In this document: positions 12,990-26,477 of the stretch, one piece after another
Layout of the letters: every line of letters starts with the position of its first letter
How positions within the stretch are numbered: position 1 is the stretch's first letter
Assembly: GCA_964016885.1 (NCBI GenBank)
Contig: OZ024742.1
Coordinates: forward strand, 282,906,001-282,970,000
DNA length: 64,000 bases
DNA from: Eledone cirrhosa
Taxonomy: Eukaryota
Direction of reading: 5' to 3'
Made by a program: the position numbers and the translations under genes
Notes under the pieces: model-generated
Told to the model about the DNA's origin: nothing
Database searches by the model: none
Seen by the model: only the letters and a program-made list of their open reading frames with translations

Positions 12990-13430
12990 GATACTATGAG
13001 CATGTGGTTAGAATGTCTCAGGAAAAAAATCGCTGGGCAGATTTTACGGGAAAAACCAGTCGGTACGAAACCCAGGGTAAACCTGGGGTAAGATGGTTGG
13101 ATAACCCTCCAGTAAAGATACAATGGATTTAAAAAACATTTTTAGATATTTTCTGCTACATTATTGATTTCCCTGATACTATGGGAATGTGGTTAGAATA
13201 TCTCGGGAAAGAATCGCTGGGCAGATTTTATGGGCAAAACCAACTGACAAGAGACCCAGGGGTAGACCCCAAGCAAGATGGTTGGATAACATCTTTGAGC
13301 TTGGCTGGTCATGCTTGGGGATCCAGCTGGATCAGTTGGAACCGGTTACATCTGACAGGATCCACTGGAGAGAGTGTTTAATGACTCTGCCCCCACAACC
13401 TTCTCAAGAATAAGTGGGCAAAGAAGAAAT
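12990..13430 (+). mobile_element. RTE/BovB-like LINE 3' end, partly tandem-duplicated
   Basis: Translates as YYG.VVRISRERIAGQILWAKPTDKRPRGRPQARWLDNI...DRIHWR. Units at 12920-13105 and 13106-13290. Confidence 0.65.
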
Positions 13431-13914
13431 GGTAAAAGTTGATTAAATCAACCCCAGTACTTGACTGCTACTTTATTTTATTGCCGACCCTGGAAGGATG
13501 AAAGATAAAGTTGAAATTGGAGAGATTTGAACTCAGAATGTAAAGAGCCAGAACAAAAATATCCCAGTGGTGTTTTATTGACACTTGACCAATTATGCTA
13601 CTCCACCACTCTTTCCTCACTGTTAAATCATTACAAGATGTTGAGGGTTAATAGTTGCTCTGGTGGGTTGGCGTTTAAAGGGTTAAGTTCACCTATTGAG
13701 GGATATGTCTGTATAGTCATTTAAACTACTTGGTGTTGTTTCTTTAACTGTCCCTTCCCACTGCTGTTTTTCTTCTTTTAGCTATGTGATAAATTATTTA
13801 TCACATAGCTGTGATAAGTACTCTGTACATCCCACACTCACCCCATGCGCATCACACAAGCATACAAGCACACGTGTATGTGTGTGTATATATATATACA
13901 TGCATGTGTGTGTA

Positions 13915-13964
<50 letters not shown>

Positions 13965-13967
13965 GAC

Positions 13968-14032
<65 letters not shown>

Positions 14033-14035
14033 GAC

Positions 14036-14114
<79 letters not shown>

Positions 14115-14322
14115 CATATATACATACATAAAACATACATACACATACACTTTTGCTGTTTCTATTAATATCTATTATCTTGGCCACCAAGTCCTGAGTA
14201 AAAGAGCAAAGACCATTAATTAAAAATGAGAGGTAGTCTTTATATTATGTCCAGTATATGTGTATATGTATGTATGTATTATACGTATGTATGTATGTGC
14301 GTGTTTGTACATGAGTGTGTCT

Positions 14323-14358
<36 letters not shown>

Positions 14359-14746
14359 TGTGCGTCAGTTATGTATAGTGTGTACATAAATATGTGTATG
14401 TGTGTGTTATGTTTAGTATGTGTATTATGTATGTATGTGTATGTTATGCGAAGTATGTGTGTACTATGTGTCTATGTTATGTGTAATGCTTGTTTGTGCC
14501 TGCGTGTGGTGTTTTCCTAAACAGCCCATCTATCTGTTCCATGTAAGTGTATATTTAAGTGGTCCAAATATTTCTACTGCCCCTGGTATTATTAAGAAAG
14601 CCAGGCCTAAACTATATGGTATATTTTGCCAGGAGTGAGTTGTCATTGATTGGTCAATGACTGGTCAGTTTAAGTCCAGTTGGTCAGTCATTCTTGCTAC
14701 ATACATACTTGGTGGCATTGTGATTAAACTGTTGCTTTCCAACTGT

Positions 14747-14747
<1 letters not shown>

Positions 14748-14782
<35 letters not shown>

Positions 14783-14882
14783 TGTCATCATCATTACTAT
14801 CATTATCATCATCATTGTTATTGTCACAATCATCATCATCATCATCATCAACATCTCCATAATCATTGTTATGGTCACCACT

Positions 14883-14913
<31 letters not shown>

Positions 14914-15980
14914 ACATCTCCATAATCATTGTTATGGTCACCGCTATCATCATGGCCATCATCATCATTATCATCATCATTCATTCTCACAGTCCTGGTT
15001 TGGAATTAAAAATATCTCCCTTACTATCTATCTACTCCTATCTGTCTCTTCTTCCTTCTGACCCCCTTCTCTATCACCACCACCACTACTACCACCACCA
15101 CAAACACCACCACCACCACAAACACCACCACTACCACAACCACCACCACCACTACTACCACCACCACAACCACCACTACCACAACCACCACCACCACCAC
15201 CACCACAACCACCACCACTACCACAACCACCACCACCACCACCACCACCACCACCACTACCACAACCACCACCACCATCACAACCACCACCACCACCACA
15301 ACCACCACTACAACCACCACCACCACCACCACAAACACCACCACTACCACAACCACCACCACCACCACAAACACCACCACCACCACCACTACTACCACCA
15401 CAACCACCACCACCACAACCACCACAACCACCACCACCACCACCACAACCACCACCACTACCACAACCACCACCACCACCACCACTACCACAACCACCAC
15501 CACCACCACAAACACCACCACCACCACCACTACTACCACCACCACCACCACCACTACCACAACCACCACCACCACCACCACTACCACAACCACCACCACT
15601 ACTACAACCACCACCACCACCACAAACACCACCACCACCACCACTACTACCACCACCACAACCACCACCACCACAACCACCACAACCACCACCACCACCA
15701 CCACAACCACCTCCACTACCACAACCACCACCACCACCACCACTACCACAACCACCACCACCATCACAACCACCACAACCACCACAACAACCACCACCAC
15801 AACCACCACAACAACCACCACCACCACAAACACCACCACCACCACCACCACAAACACCACCACCACCACAACCACCACCACAACCACCACAACCACCACC
15901 ACAACCACCACCACCACCACAACCACCACCACTACCACAATCGCCACCACCACCACAACCGCCACCACCATCACCACCAT
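14748..15980. repeat. (CAT)n then (CAC/CAA/TAC)n compound trinucleotide array
   Basis: Seen directly; source of the 427-aa poly-His and 322-aa poly-Val ORFs. Confidence 0.9.
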
Positions 15981-16259
15981 CTCAACACCCACATGTCTTT
16001 AATTAAGGACTGTAACTCTGATTTCTGCATCACAATATTTCTGTGTGTGGAGTGTGTAAGTATGTGTATAGTGTGTAAGTATGTGTATATACACATATAT
16101 AAGTGTGTGTTTCTGTGCACACATACATGTATGTATTTGTTCATGTGTATGTAGAGATGGTGTTTGTGAGTTCTGAGTGTGTATGTAAGCCAGGAAGTGA
16201 AAAGGTGTAATTTCTGGTAGACTCAACCATTAATTTACTCTACTGATTCCATATAGTAT

Positions 16260-16316
<57 letters not shown>

Positions 16317-17341
16317 TAGTAGTAGTAATAGTAGTATTACTAGTAGTAGTAGTAGTAGTTGCTAGCAAGGAATGTTGGAATCTTCAGGTTACTTCCTTCC
16401 AGCCATTTACTGATGGTAGTTGTAGTTGTCCCTGTGGTTGTTGTTGTTGTTATTGTGTTGGTGGTGGCTAAAATGGTGTTTGTAGTCATAGAAATTGTGT
16501 TTGTGATAATGATGATGGTAATTGTAGTATTGGTGGTTGAGGTGATGGTGGTCCAGATCTCTCTACACATTAGGAAATAGATTATGAAGGTCACATCCGG
16601 GAAACATTGGATCATAGGTCTGCTGGATCATGACTGGCCTGGGGCTAAAATTCAATGATACAGATTTGTTTTTTTAATTTGTTAATAATAATAATAATAA
16701 TAATAATAATTGTTTCTATTTTTGGCACAAGGCCAGCAATTACCCAGTACATTACTGGTACTTTATTTTATCGACCCTGTAAGGATGAAAGGCAAAGTTA
16801 ACCTCGGCATGATTTGAACATAATAATAATGATAATAAATCAACTATAATAATACGCCATGTGTTTGGATATATATATATATATATATGATTGTAACTCT
16901 TTAAGATTTGCATACACAATTATATATATTTTTTTAACTAAACATACATTTGCTCTCTCTCCCTCACAAAAAATTATGTTTCCATTTCTTCCTTTTTTCA
17001 CTCTCATCTATCTTTCTATTTCTTCTTCTATTTCTCATTATATCATCTGATGAAAGAGCAACGTCCGAAACATTGAGACTCTTTTCCTACTATAGCAAGT
17101 GTTAAATTAATATATAACCTCATTGTACTGTATGGTTTCCTGTGTTGTTTATCCATTTATTTTTTTGTACGTATCAGGGGTGGTGCCCCAGCAAGGCCTC
17201 AGCCAGATGGCTGGAACAGGTAAAAGGGTAAAAGGATATATATAATAATTAATATACTTATATATATACATATATATATTATAGAGCGAAATGACTGGAG
17301 GCCGGATTGGTGAAATTCCATTCAAATTTTTATTTCTGCAA

Positions 17342-17399
17342 ACACTATGTACATTTCAGTGGCTAGGTTATGTAGGAACCTGGTGACATCATCAGGTGT
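17342..17399 (-). ncRNA. Minimal type I hammerhead ribozyme (Penelope-like element type)
   Basis: Minus strand: ACAC-CUGAUGA-[UGUCACCAGGUU CCUACAU AACCUAGCCACU]-GAAA-UGUACA-UA^GUGU. Stem I ACAC/GUGU (extendable by UGCAA/UUGCA), palindromic helix III AUGUACAU, partly decayed stem II, AAUAAA just downstream. Confidence 0.75.
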
Positions 17400-17798
17400 G
17401 TATTGCATAATAGTTATATAACAAAGGAATGATGGTAAATACATTCCAAGAGGCTGGAAGGAGAAAAAGCATTATTGATGGCACGGATCCACTAAAATAA
17501 AAGAATTATGCAGATCTGTGCTTATTGTGAAAACTACAACACAGAGGATGGTAAAAATATCACACATGTCTATCAATAGAGTATACTTACACCCACACTC
17601 ACACACATATGTGCATGTAATAAGCCTTGAAATGTGACCATTGGGATGAGGGAGTGATTGTGGCTTTATTCAAACTATATATAGACAAGCTTAGGTCAGA
17701 ATCATGATGTTGTGGGAGTCACTCTGACATAAGTTCCTTCTTCCAATAAAGGTTTTAAATTTAAAATTAGAACAACTATCTCACTCACCTTACTGCCA

Positions 17799-17840
<42 letters not shown>

Positions 17841-17894
17841 AATATATATATATATACACACATATGTATGTGTATCTCTCTATATAGCTATCTA

Positions 17895-17932
<38 letters not shown>

Positions 17933-18310
17933 TTTTTCTCTATGGTAATATTCATGTTAGGTTCCTGTCTGTAACATACATACATACATACACACTGGTC
18001 CTGGTATTGTGGCAGAACATCTGGTGTAGTATTTTTGGATTCCTAACACCATCGCCAATACCAACACCACCACCACCACCACCAACAACAACGACAACAA
18101 CAACAACAACAACACCGTCAATACCAACACCACCAATGCCAACAGCAACACCATCGGTACCAATACTACTACTACCACCACCACTGTAACCATTAACATA
18201 ACCATCATAACATCTAGCATCAACAACAACAACAACAACAACACCAATACATTGAACGTGGCAAATTTTACAAGGCTGATTTCTTTTATATGATTTTTGG
18301 TTTATTTATT

Positions 18311-18343
<33 letters not shown>

Positions 18344-19397
18344 TGAATACTCTCCCACCTTCTCCCTTTCACTTCCTCTCTATTGAAAACGTAACTATAT
18401 TTAATATAAAAAGTCTGTTGCTAATTCAGGAACCACCGGAATTACCATCATCTATTGTGTGTAGAATAATGATTTCTGATTAAAGCACAAGGCCAGCAAT
18501 TTTGGGGGAGGGGGAGAGTTAATTAAATCAATCTCAGTGAGTGTTTGATACTTTATTTTATCGACCCTGTAAGGATGAAAGGCAAAGTTAACCTTAGCGG
18601 GACTTGAACTCAGAACGTAAATGGCCGTAACTCTATGCCGTGAAGCATGTTGTCCGACGCTCTACCGATACATGCAATCCACCGCCCTTTTGTGTGAAAT
18701 TATGATAATTTGTAATTTAGGCACAAGGCCAGCAATTTGGGGGAGATGAAAATGTTGATTTTGTCAACCTCAGTAAAAAACATTCCATGTATTGGCATCA
18801 ACAGAGAGAGGTCCAACACAATACACACAAACACACGTGTGTGTGTGTGTATATATGTGTGTGTGTGTATTTATATGCATGTAATATATGTGTGTAATAA
18901 GAATATTTATATTTATATATGTTTGATACAACTATAAATATGGAGGGTAGTACTAAGTACTAGCCTTACACCTTACATAACAATACCTACATTACCACCA
19001 CATGCCTCTCTAACAAATTGCACACTATCTTAAACATGTATAACAATTATAACATGCTTTAACACCCCACACAAAATATGTTTATTTCAACTGCAGTATA
19101 GCTCTTTCCTCACACATGCCTTATTGACTGTATTGACTCCTGCATTGTACAACAATTTTCCTTGCTTGTAACTTTTTTTTTTTCCTTGTATTTTTTTCCC
19201 TGAATTTTTTTTTGCTTGTGCTTTTCACTTATACATGTTACACTCTCAACCAGTGCTACCTGTAATTGTGTTCTTTCAATCAGAACATTTTGTTAACTCC
19301 TGACTCTCCACATGATGCCCTTGACACTAAAAATAATTATGTACCCTAAATGTTCTAAATGACTAGGATTTTAGTTACATGTTTCAACATTCCCTAA

Positions 19398-19442
19398 GCT
19401 CCGATGATCCCAGACCTCCCTCTGGAAGAAACAATTGTCAGC
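19398..19442 (+). ncRNA. Minimal type I hammerhead ribozyme with a variant core (CCGAUGA)
   Basis: GCU-CCGAUGA-[UCCCAGA CCUCCC UCUGGAA]-GAAA-CAAUUG-UC^AGC followed by AAAUAAA. Palindromic helix III ACAAUUGU, GUC cleavage triplet, U4->C substitution. Confidence 0.65.
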
Positions 19443-19473
19443 AAATAAATGTTCTAAACTAAAATTTGATCAT

Positions 19474-19652
19474 GGCAGTATCGGTAGAGGGTCGGACGCC
19501 ATGCTTTCCAGCATAGTTACGTCCCTTTACGATCTGAGTTCAAATCCCGCCGAGGTTGACTTTGCCTTTCATCCTTACGGGGTCGATAAAATAAAGTACC
19601 AGTAATGCACTGGGTAATTGCTGGCCTTGTGCCTAAAGTAGAAACAATTATT
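19474..19652 (+). mobile_element. tRNA-derived SINE copy
   Basis: Nearly identical to 4524-4702. Confidence 0.85.
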
Positions 19653-20549
19653 TGTATATGTGTGTATGTAAAGTCCTACCTTGCACTCCCAAATCTACTA
19701 AATTTTTCTCCAACTCCTTTCTTTCACCCTCATATTAACACTACCCATCAACCCTTTATCTGGGGAGGGAGTTGTGGGTTACCCCCTATTGCCCCTCCAT
19801 CCAACTCCCTTATTTTGCTCTGTGGTGTCTGGAATATGTCTTCAAATAGAAGGAGCACTCTTTCTTTACTTCCCTCCATCTGTCCCCACCCGCTCTCTTC
19901 TCATGGGGACTGTAGACTAAGTGGAGGGGTGACATTATATTACCCCACCCCCTATTGCACAGCCAGGCCACTTCTCTCCTTCAGAAGTTTTATTACCCCT
20001 TATAAATCTAATATAGCAGTACGCCTCCATCTCCACTTCCCTACATTCTTCCTGCTTGCCCCTTTCACCCTGTTTTTCTGTCTCTCATATATATATGTAT
20101 ATATACAGTCTCACCTACACATCCCTTATATATAGAAATACACAACTATAAAAAAACCACACACACATACAAACATGCCTGTGTGTGTATATATATATTT
20201 ATATACACCTGTTATCCTTCATTTTATACTTTGTTTGGGTATAAGTGGGTGTGAGTTATCTGGAAATGGTGAGTGATGCAAGATGGGTTGTGGACATACT
20301 GGTGATGATGGTGGTGGGGATATTGATAGTAGTAGTAGTAGTAGTGTATAGGTAGTCAAGTACACCTTTCCTAATAAATTATGGCACTTGAAAAGTGTTA
20401 GTAAGGGTTTATTGGTAATGGTTGTGATGGTTAGGTTTGCTGGGAGTAATGTGAATGATCTTCCCTTTGGTCCTTCATAATGTTTGTGGGGCGGGTATAG
20501 GCAGTAACAGAGGGGGGGGGGGGGCTTTGATACCAAGCTATGCCTTTAA

Positions 20550-20754
20550 ACCTTTAGCATCTACATTACTCTATATATACTATCATAGTTTCACTGTAAA
20601 GGCATCTCACATAATATCGAATCTATGATATTTTGATATCATTTATTTTGAGAACAATACCTTAACATAAGTATGTGCAGCCAGTTACAACTGGTTTGAA
20701 CAGAAAGAGGTGAGAGAATTCTGGCTGGATAAGGTCAGTTTAAATGCTAAAGGG
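20550..20754 (-). mobile_element. piggyBac-type MITE copy
   Basis: Reverse complement of the 9023-9234 family, TTAA-flanked. Confidence 0.8.
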
Positions 20755-21646
20755 TTAAGCTGCCCCTTCCATTTTTCTATTAAAACATTCCAACATAATC
20801 TTATGTAAGAACTTGGTGGGATTTGAACTCAACATAAAGTGCCAAAGCATGTTTCCGGCGCCCAGCTGATACTGCCAATTCACCGCCCTATGATAATAAT
20901 AATAATCAGCATTTTATGTCTGCTTTTATGTGTTGCATGGGTTAAATGGGTCTTTTCCAGCAGAGTATCCCTCTATTCATTTGCAGTCCTTTGTCATCTC
21001 CTCTGTGAGCTTCAGCAATTTGAAAACATCTCACACAAGCTCTACCCAAGTCTCCCTTGGTCTCTCTTTGCTGCAGCTTCCTTCCACTGGAATTTCTAGG
21101 CAACTCTTCACCCAATGATTATTATCCATACCAGCATAGTCATACAATATGAGAAAAAGTCTCTAGAGCAAGGTTTCTCACCTGAGGAAGGAGTTCTATG
21201 AAGTGGAATTACTGTTGTGTTGGGTGTCACTGGTTGTTTACTGTGGCAATGCTTTCGCCAACTTGTCCATGGGACACAGCCTAGCTGTACTAGCCAACCA
21301 ACCAAGAGTGTCAAGTTTTCCTCCTTCCTATTTCTCACCCCATTTTTTTTTAATTCAATTTTCTTTCCCCCTTCTTCTACTTTTCTCTCTTACTGTTTTT
21401 TAAATATATGCAACTGAATATGAAATTTTGAATCAATAAAGGTTAATGTAAAAGGTAAATAAATATAACATTTAGCCTCACACATTGTTTAGAAAGAGGG
21501 ACATTTTGAGTTAATGAGAACCAAAATAGATTTAGTAGTGGAAATGTTCAATAGTTTTAGGTACAGCTACCTCTCCGCTTTCTTCAGTAAATATACATAT
21601 ATTTCAATGTAGTGTAATTTATTTGTCAGGTTGTTTCCTTTCCCAG

Positions 21647-21713
21647 CTTCTGTTAACTAGAAGTCAGATCACTCCTGAGTTTATAACTCCTCTGGCCCCT
21701 CTGGGAAGAACTG
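21647..21713 (+). other. Candidate 67-nt exon (LLLTRSQITPEFITPLAPLGRT)
   Basis: Acceptor TTGTTTCCTTTCCCAG and donor CTG|GTAGGT; only one frame is open. No protein recognised. Confidence 0.3.
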
Positions 21714-22129
21714 GTAGGTACAAGTTATTGTGACATTAGATTTATGAGGGTCATAAAATAAGCACATCACCACCGCTACCACAACAGCAACATCATCAGC
21801 AACAGGGAGCTAGATGGCTGGTTGTGGTGAAATTTCCTTGGAATGCCTATACTACCTACTATCACACAACTACTCCACTGCAGTAGTCTAAATACTTTTA
21901 GAGTGAAAATTACTTTAACCTGTACTGAGGTACACACCATTATTGCTAATTGCAAATTGACATCAACAGTTGCACTCTAGTCAGGTCAACTTTGTCCCCA
22001 ACACTGTTTTGGCTACCATAAGTCTACAAAGGCATGTATGTTTTAGAATTTTTAAAGCCAGTAGTCTAGTATTTGAGGAAGATTTTGCTGCTATTTTCTG
22101 CATGTAAAACGACTGCATAGAGGTATGAA

Positions 22130-22505
22130 ATAAGACTTAACACCTGATGTAACACTTAATGTAACAATCATGGTTTAATGTAATACTGTAACAGTTAATG
22201 GAACACTTAAGAATTAATACTTATGACTAAATGTAACAGTTAACACGACAATACTTAGGACTTAATGTACAATTAAGATTTAATTAATACTTATGATTTA
22301 ATGTAACCTTAACACAATACTTAAGACTTAATGTTTCACAGTTAAGTCTTAATGTAATACTTAGGACTTAATGTTACACAGTTAAGTCTTAATGAAATAC
22401 TTAAGATTTAATGTAACACTTAAGATTTTATTAATACTTATGACTTAATGTAACACAGTTAAGTCTTCGTGAAACACTTAAGATTCAGTATAACACTTAA
22501 CACTA
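22130..22505. repeat. Degenerate ~19-21 bp minisatellite (AATACTTAAGACTTAATGT-like)
   Basis: Recurrent ACTTAA/GTTAAG/TTAATGT motifs over ~380 bp. Confidence 0.75.
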
Positions 22506-22590
22506 GTGACTGAATGTAAAAAAGAAATCCACTGTCTCCTTTCTTAATAAGTAATATCAGATAATATCAGGGAATATCAAATACAACCAA

Positions 22591-22662
<72 letters not shown>

Positions 22663-23984
22663 TACACACACATAGAAAAGTTATAAAAATACTTGAAGTT
22701 ACTTACAACACCTCCACAACATTCCACAACACACATAAAATACATAGATAGTAAAGAAATCAAAATGACGGCACAAACATATTTACAACAATTACAAGTC
22801 AACAGAATGAAACAGCACATTAGATCCATGCTAGACTATCCCAGGCTTATTTGAGCTCCAATCTCTTCACAACAGACAACAATAAGTTACAAAGAACACA
22901 GACCAGTGCACTACATCTATAGACCATCAATCTTATTACCTTCCCTTTCTTTTCCTTTCCTTTCCTTTAGCCCTCCACATCTGATAGTCATGTGTTTTGG
23001 GCATTGGAAACAGGGCAAATCCAATTCCTCTTCAGTGATAAAGAGAGAATTGACTCCAGTACAAGACTGGTACTTTATGGGTGTTGGGATGTATGAAAGT
23101 TAATGTTGTCTTTGGAAGTATTTAGACACTAAGTACAGAGAGCCAGAACAAAAAAATACTATAAGCCAATTCACTGCCTTAAGTCACCACAAAAAAATAG
23201 CAGCTGGTTAAAATACTGTTACTTACAACCCCCTGGCATCTCCCCCCCCCCCGCTCTCTTGACCACCACTCATGACCACCACTCATTTGATTGTCCCTCT
23301 CTTTCACCCTTACCCTCACCCTCACCAAAATGTTAGACAATATTTCAACAGGTCTTGAATGTCCTGTTCTAAAGAGATAATAGTAAGATAACCCCTAATG
23401 TCACCCTCACCTCTACCTCTTCCATACTACTCCCCTCTCTCTCTCTCTCTTCTCATCCTCAACCTCTTGCAATGGTATCCCTGGATCATAAACAGACAGA
23501 CAGACAGGAGAGATTATTTGGTTTCTCCTCCTCCAGAACTGACATTGCTGTATTTTATGGGGTTTGTCCCTTCCCACAGCTGATCCCCCACCACACCACC
23601 ACCACACACACACACACTTCCACTACCGCTACTACCTCACCCTACATCAGACTCTGGGAATTGGTGAATGTGTGAATGTGCCATATCAACACAACTATAT
23701 TCTATCAACTGACACCACCCACAACCATTATCTCTACCATTGCAGAGCTTGTATCAGTCATCAGGACCATAACAATCATCACAGCAACCACCACCACAAC
23801 AGCCACCACCACTACAGCCACCACCACTACAACCATCATCACTATCGCCACTACTGAGAACAATAATCATGACCATCATCACTAGTAGCACTATCCATTT
23901 CAACCACTATCATCAGCTATGCCACCACCATCCACTACCACAACCTAAACATCATCACCATCACCCCATCCAACTCTCCATCAC

Positions 23985-23986
23985 TA

Positions 23987-24034
<48 letters not shown>

Positions 24035-24187
24035 CCCTACTACTACTACTACTACTACTTCTACTACTACTACTATCCTACTACTACTACAACTCCTACT
24101 ACAACTACTACTACTACTACTACTACAACTACTACTACTAGTACTACTACTACTACTATCCTACCACTACTACTACTACTACTATTC

Positions 24188-24226
<39 letters not shown>

Positions 24227-24240
24227 TTCCTACTACTGCT
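23985..24240. repeat. (CTA)n microsatellite
   Basis: Seen directly. Confidence 0.95.
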
Positions 24241-25864
24241 ACTGTTGCTGGACTGGGACTTTCAGTAACCTTGACTAACTCCTTTGAAGATATGAAAGGT
24301 ACAGTTTGACCTCATTGAGATTTGAACTCACATCTCTGAGAGATGAAACAAATACCAGAAAGTACATCATACAATAAAATACACTAAATAATTCCACCAA
24401 TCCACTGTCTTTGACTTATCAACCCTAAAGGGATGAAAGGCAAACTTGATTACATTTGGGTTTGAACTCAAAGCACAAAGAGTTATACCAATAAGCAACT
24501 AAGTGCTGACACAGTTTACAGAGATTTTTGTCATCACTCTATCTCTTTATTTCCTCACACTTGACTTCATTCTCTCAAAGTGGAGATTTAAAAAAAAAAA
24601 TTGTCAGGTGGGGAAATGAAATGGTGAGTAAGGTGATATGAGGTGAAGGAAGAGGAGGTGGAGATAGTTGATCCAGGTGGTGGAGTGAGTGAATGTGAGA
24701 ATGGTGTTTAGAGCTGGTGGGTGCAGTAACTGAGGGTAACTGGGTGGGTTTATTTTTTAAAAAAAAAACCCATTGTTCTTCAATTTCAGTTGTGTTGTAT
24801 GTTTTTGTGGTCTTGTAATGGATTTTGGTACACATATTTGGAAATTGACTCATTTTAAAATATGAGAGTCAAGAAAGAAAGAAAGAAAGAAAGAGCAAGG
24901 TTGTGTGAGAGAAACATAAGCACAATGAGAGTGGTGGGGAGAGAAAGAGAAAGAGAAAGAGACAGTGAGAGTGTGACGCAGAATACAGACAGTAAGAGAG
25001 TGAGAAGGAGAGAGAAAGAGTAAGAAGAAAGCAAAAATGAGAAATATTTTCATTTTTTTTTTTACTATATTTTATTTTTATATTTATAATTATTTTTATT
25101 TATTTATCTGTTTATTTTTATTTTATTTTTTGAAAATTTTATTTTCAGTAACCATATACCTGTAATAATAGGTTGTGTAAGGGTAGTGGTGGTGTTGGTA
25201 GCTGTGGGGGGTGTGGTATCCATTCTTCTTTTAATTTCCTCCTCCTCCTTTTCCTCTGATTTTTTTCTCTCCTCTTGTTATTATTTTGGGGATAGGAGGC
25301 ACAGATTAAGGGGCTGGTGGGGGATAGCTTGTATCATTGTTCTTCAGAGTCTTCTTATTGAACTAATATGTATTGTGTTGTCGTTGTTTCCAGGGTAGAG
25401 GGCTGTATGTATATGGAAGACTGCACGTATGTGTACGTGTGAGCTTATGCCTATACCTCTGTCACTAAGTATGTGTTTGTGTGTGTATCAATTAAGTTTG
25501 TGTGTGTTTGTGTACATTGGGTGAATGTATATGTATGCATATGTGTGTTTGTATATGTATGTGTACCTGTTTTGCTGAATGCCTGTGTATGTGCGCATAT
25601 ATATCTGAGTGTGTGCCTTTATGTTTGTATATCTGTACCACTAATGTATTGTGTGTGTGTGTGTATAAACATGCCACTAATGTAGTGTGTGTATATGTAT
25701 GTATAAACATAACGAGCAGTTGTGAGGTGGTACATCTATAAATTGGCATACTACTGTATTCTTCAACATATATCATCATCATCATATGTCTGTATTCCAT
25801 GCTTTGTATGGCTTAGGCAGGTTGTCACGTTCTGAGGCCAGACAGGTCAGAATAAACAAAAATA

Positions 25865-26450
25865 GTTTTAGACAGAATAAATCGACTGTCTCACAAATAT
25901 TGACACTGTGGAATCTACCAGAAGGCATCATCAGATCAAAGAACCTGAAAGCTGTAATAACTTTCATTAACTTCAAAAAGGCTTTTGTCTACATCCATAG
26001 AGGAAAGCTTTGGTCAATCCTAGTTACATATGGCATACCTGATACCATAGTTTCTGCTATAAATGTACTTTACATAAACATGGAAGCTCAAGTTCTCTCT
26101 CCTGATGGTGATACCAAGTTTAATTAAATAGTAGCAGGTGTCTTTCAAGGTGACACTTTGGCATCATATCTTTTCATAAGTACCCTGGACTGTGCCATGA
26201 TGGAAGCCATTGTTAATGAACAAGATCTTGGCTTTAGATTGACACAAAGGAGAAGTGAGCAAATCCCACCAACTGTTATATGAGATACAAATTTTACTGA
26301 TGACAAAGCTCATCTATCATACCATGGATCAAGCTCAAGAACTTCTTCATAAAGTCAAATTCTATGCCAGGAAAATTGGTCTCACATAAATGTTACCAAG
26401 ACAGAGTACATGTTACTAAACCAAAAAGATGGAAATCTTGTCACTGGATG
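25865..26450 (+). pseudogene. Decayed RTE-clade reverse transcriptase fragment
   Basis: FINFKKAFVYIHRGKLWSILVTYGIPDTIVSAINVLY..., followed by GVFQGDTLASYLF and an FTDD (YADD-like) motif, with stop codons. Confidence 0.75.
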
Positions 26451-26477
26451 GTGAATGATGGTATATATATATATATA

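Noticed and set aside
14871-16154. 427-aa His-rich ORF (and the antisense poly-Val ORF)
   Set aside because: Translation of a (CAC/CAT/AAC)n array that lacks stops by composition; no domain or splice context.
21545-21595. Minus-strand CTGAAGA followed by a small hairpin and AAAAC
   Set aside because: No GAAA, and no proper stem II closure or stem I.
22981-23045. Minus-strand hammerhead-like motif (CTGAAGA-stem-CAAAACACATGAC)
   Set aside because: Stem II is plausible, but GAAA, the NUH triplet and stem I are all broken; at best a very old relic.
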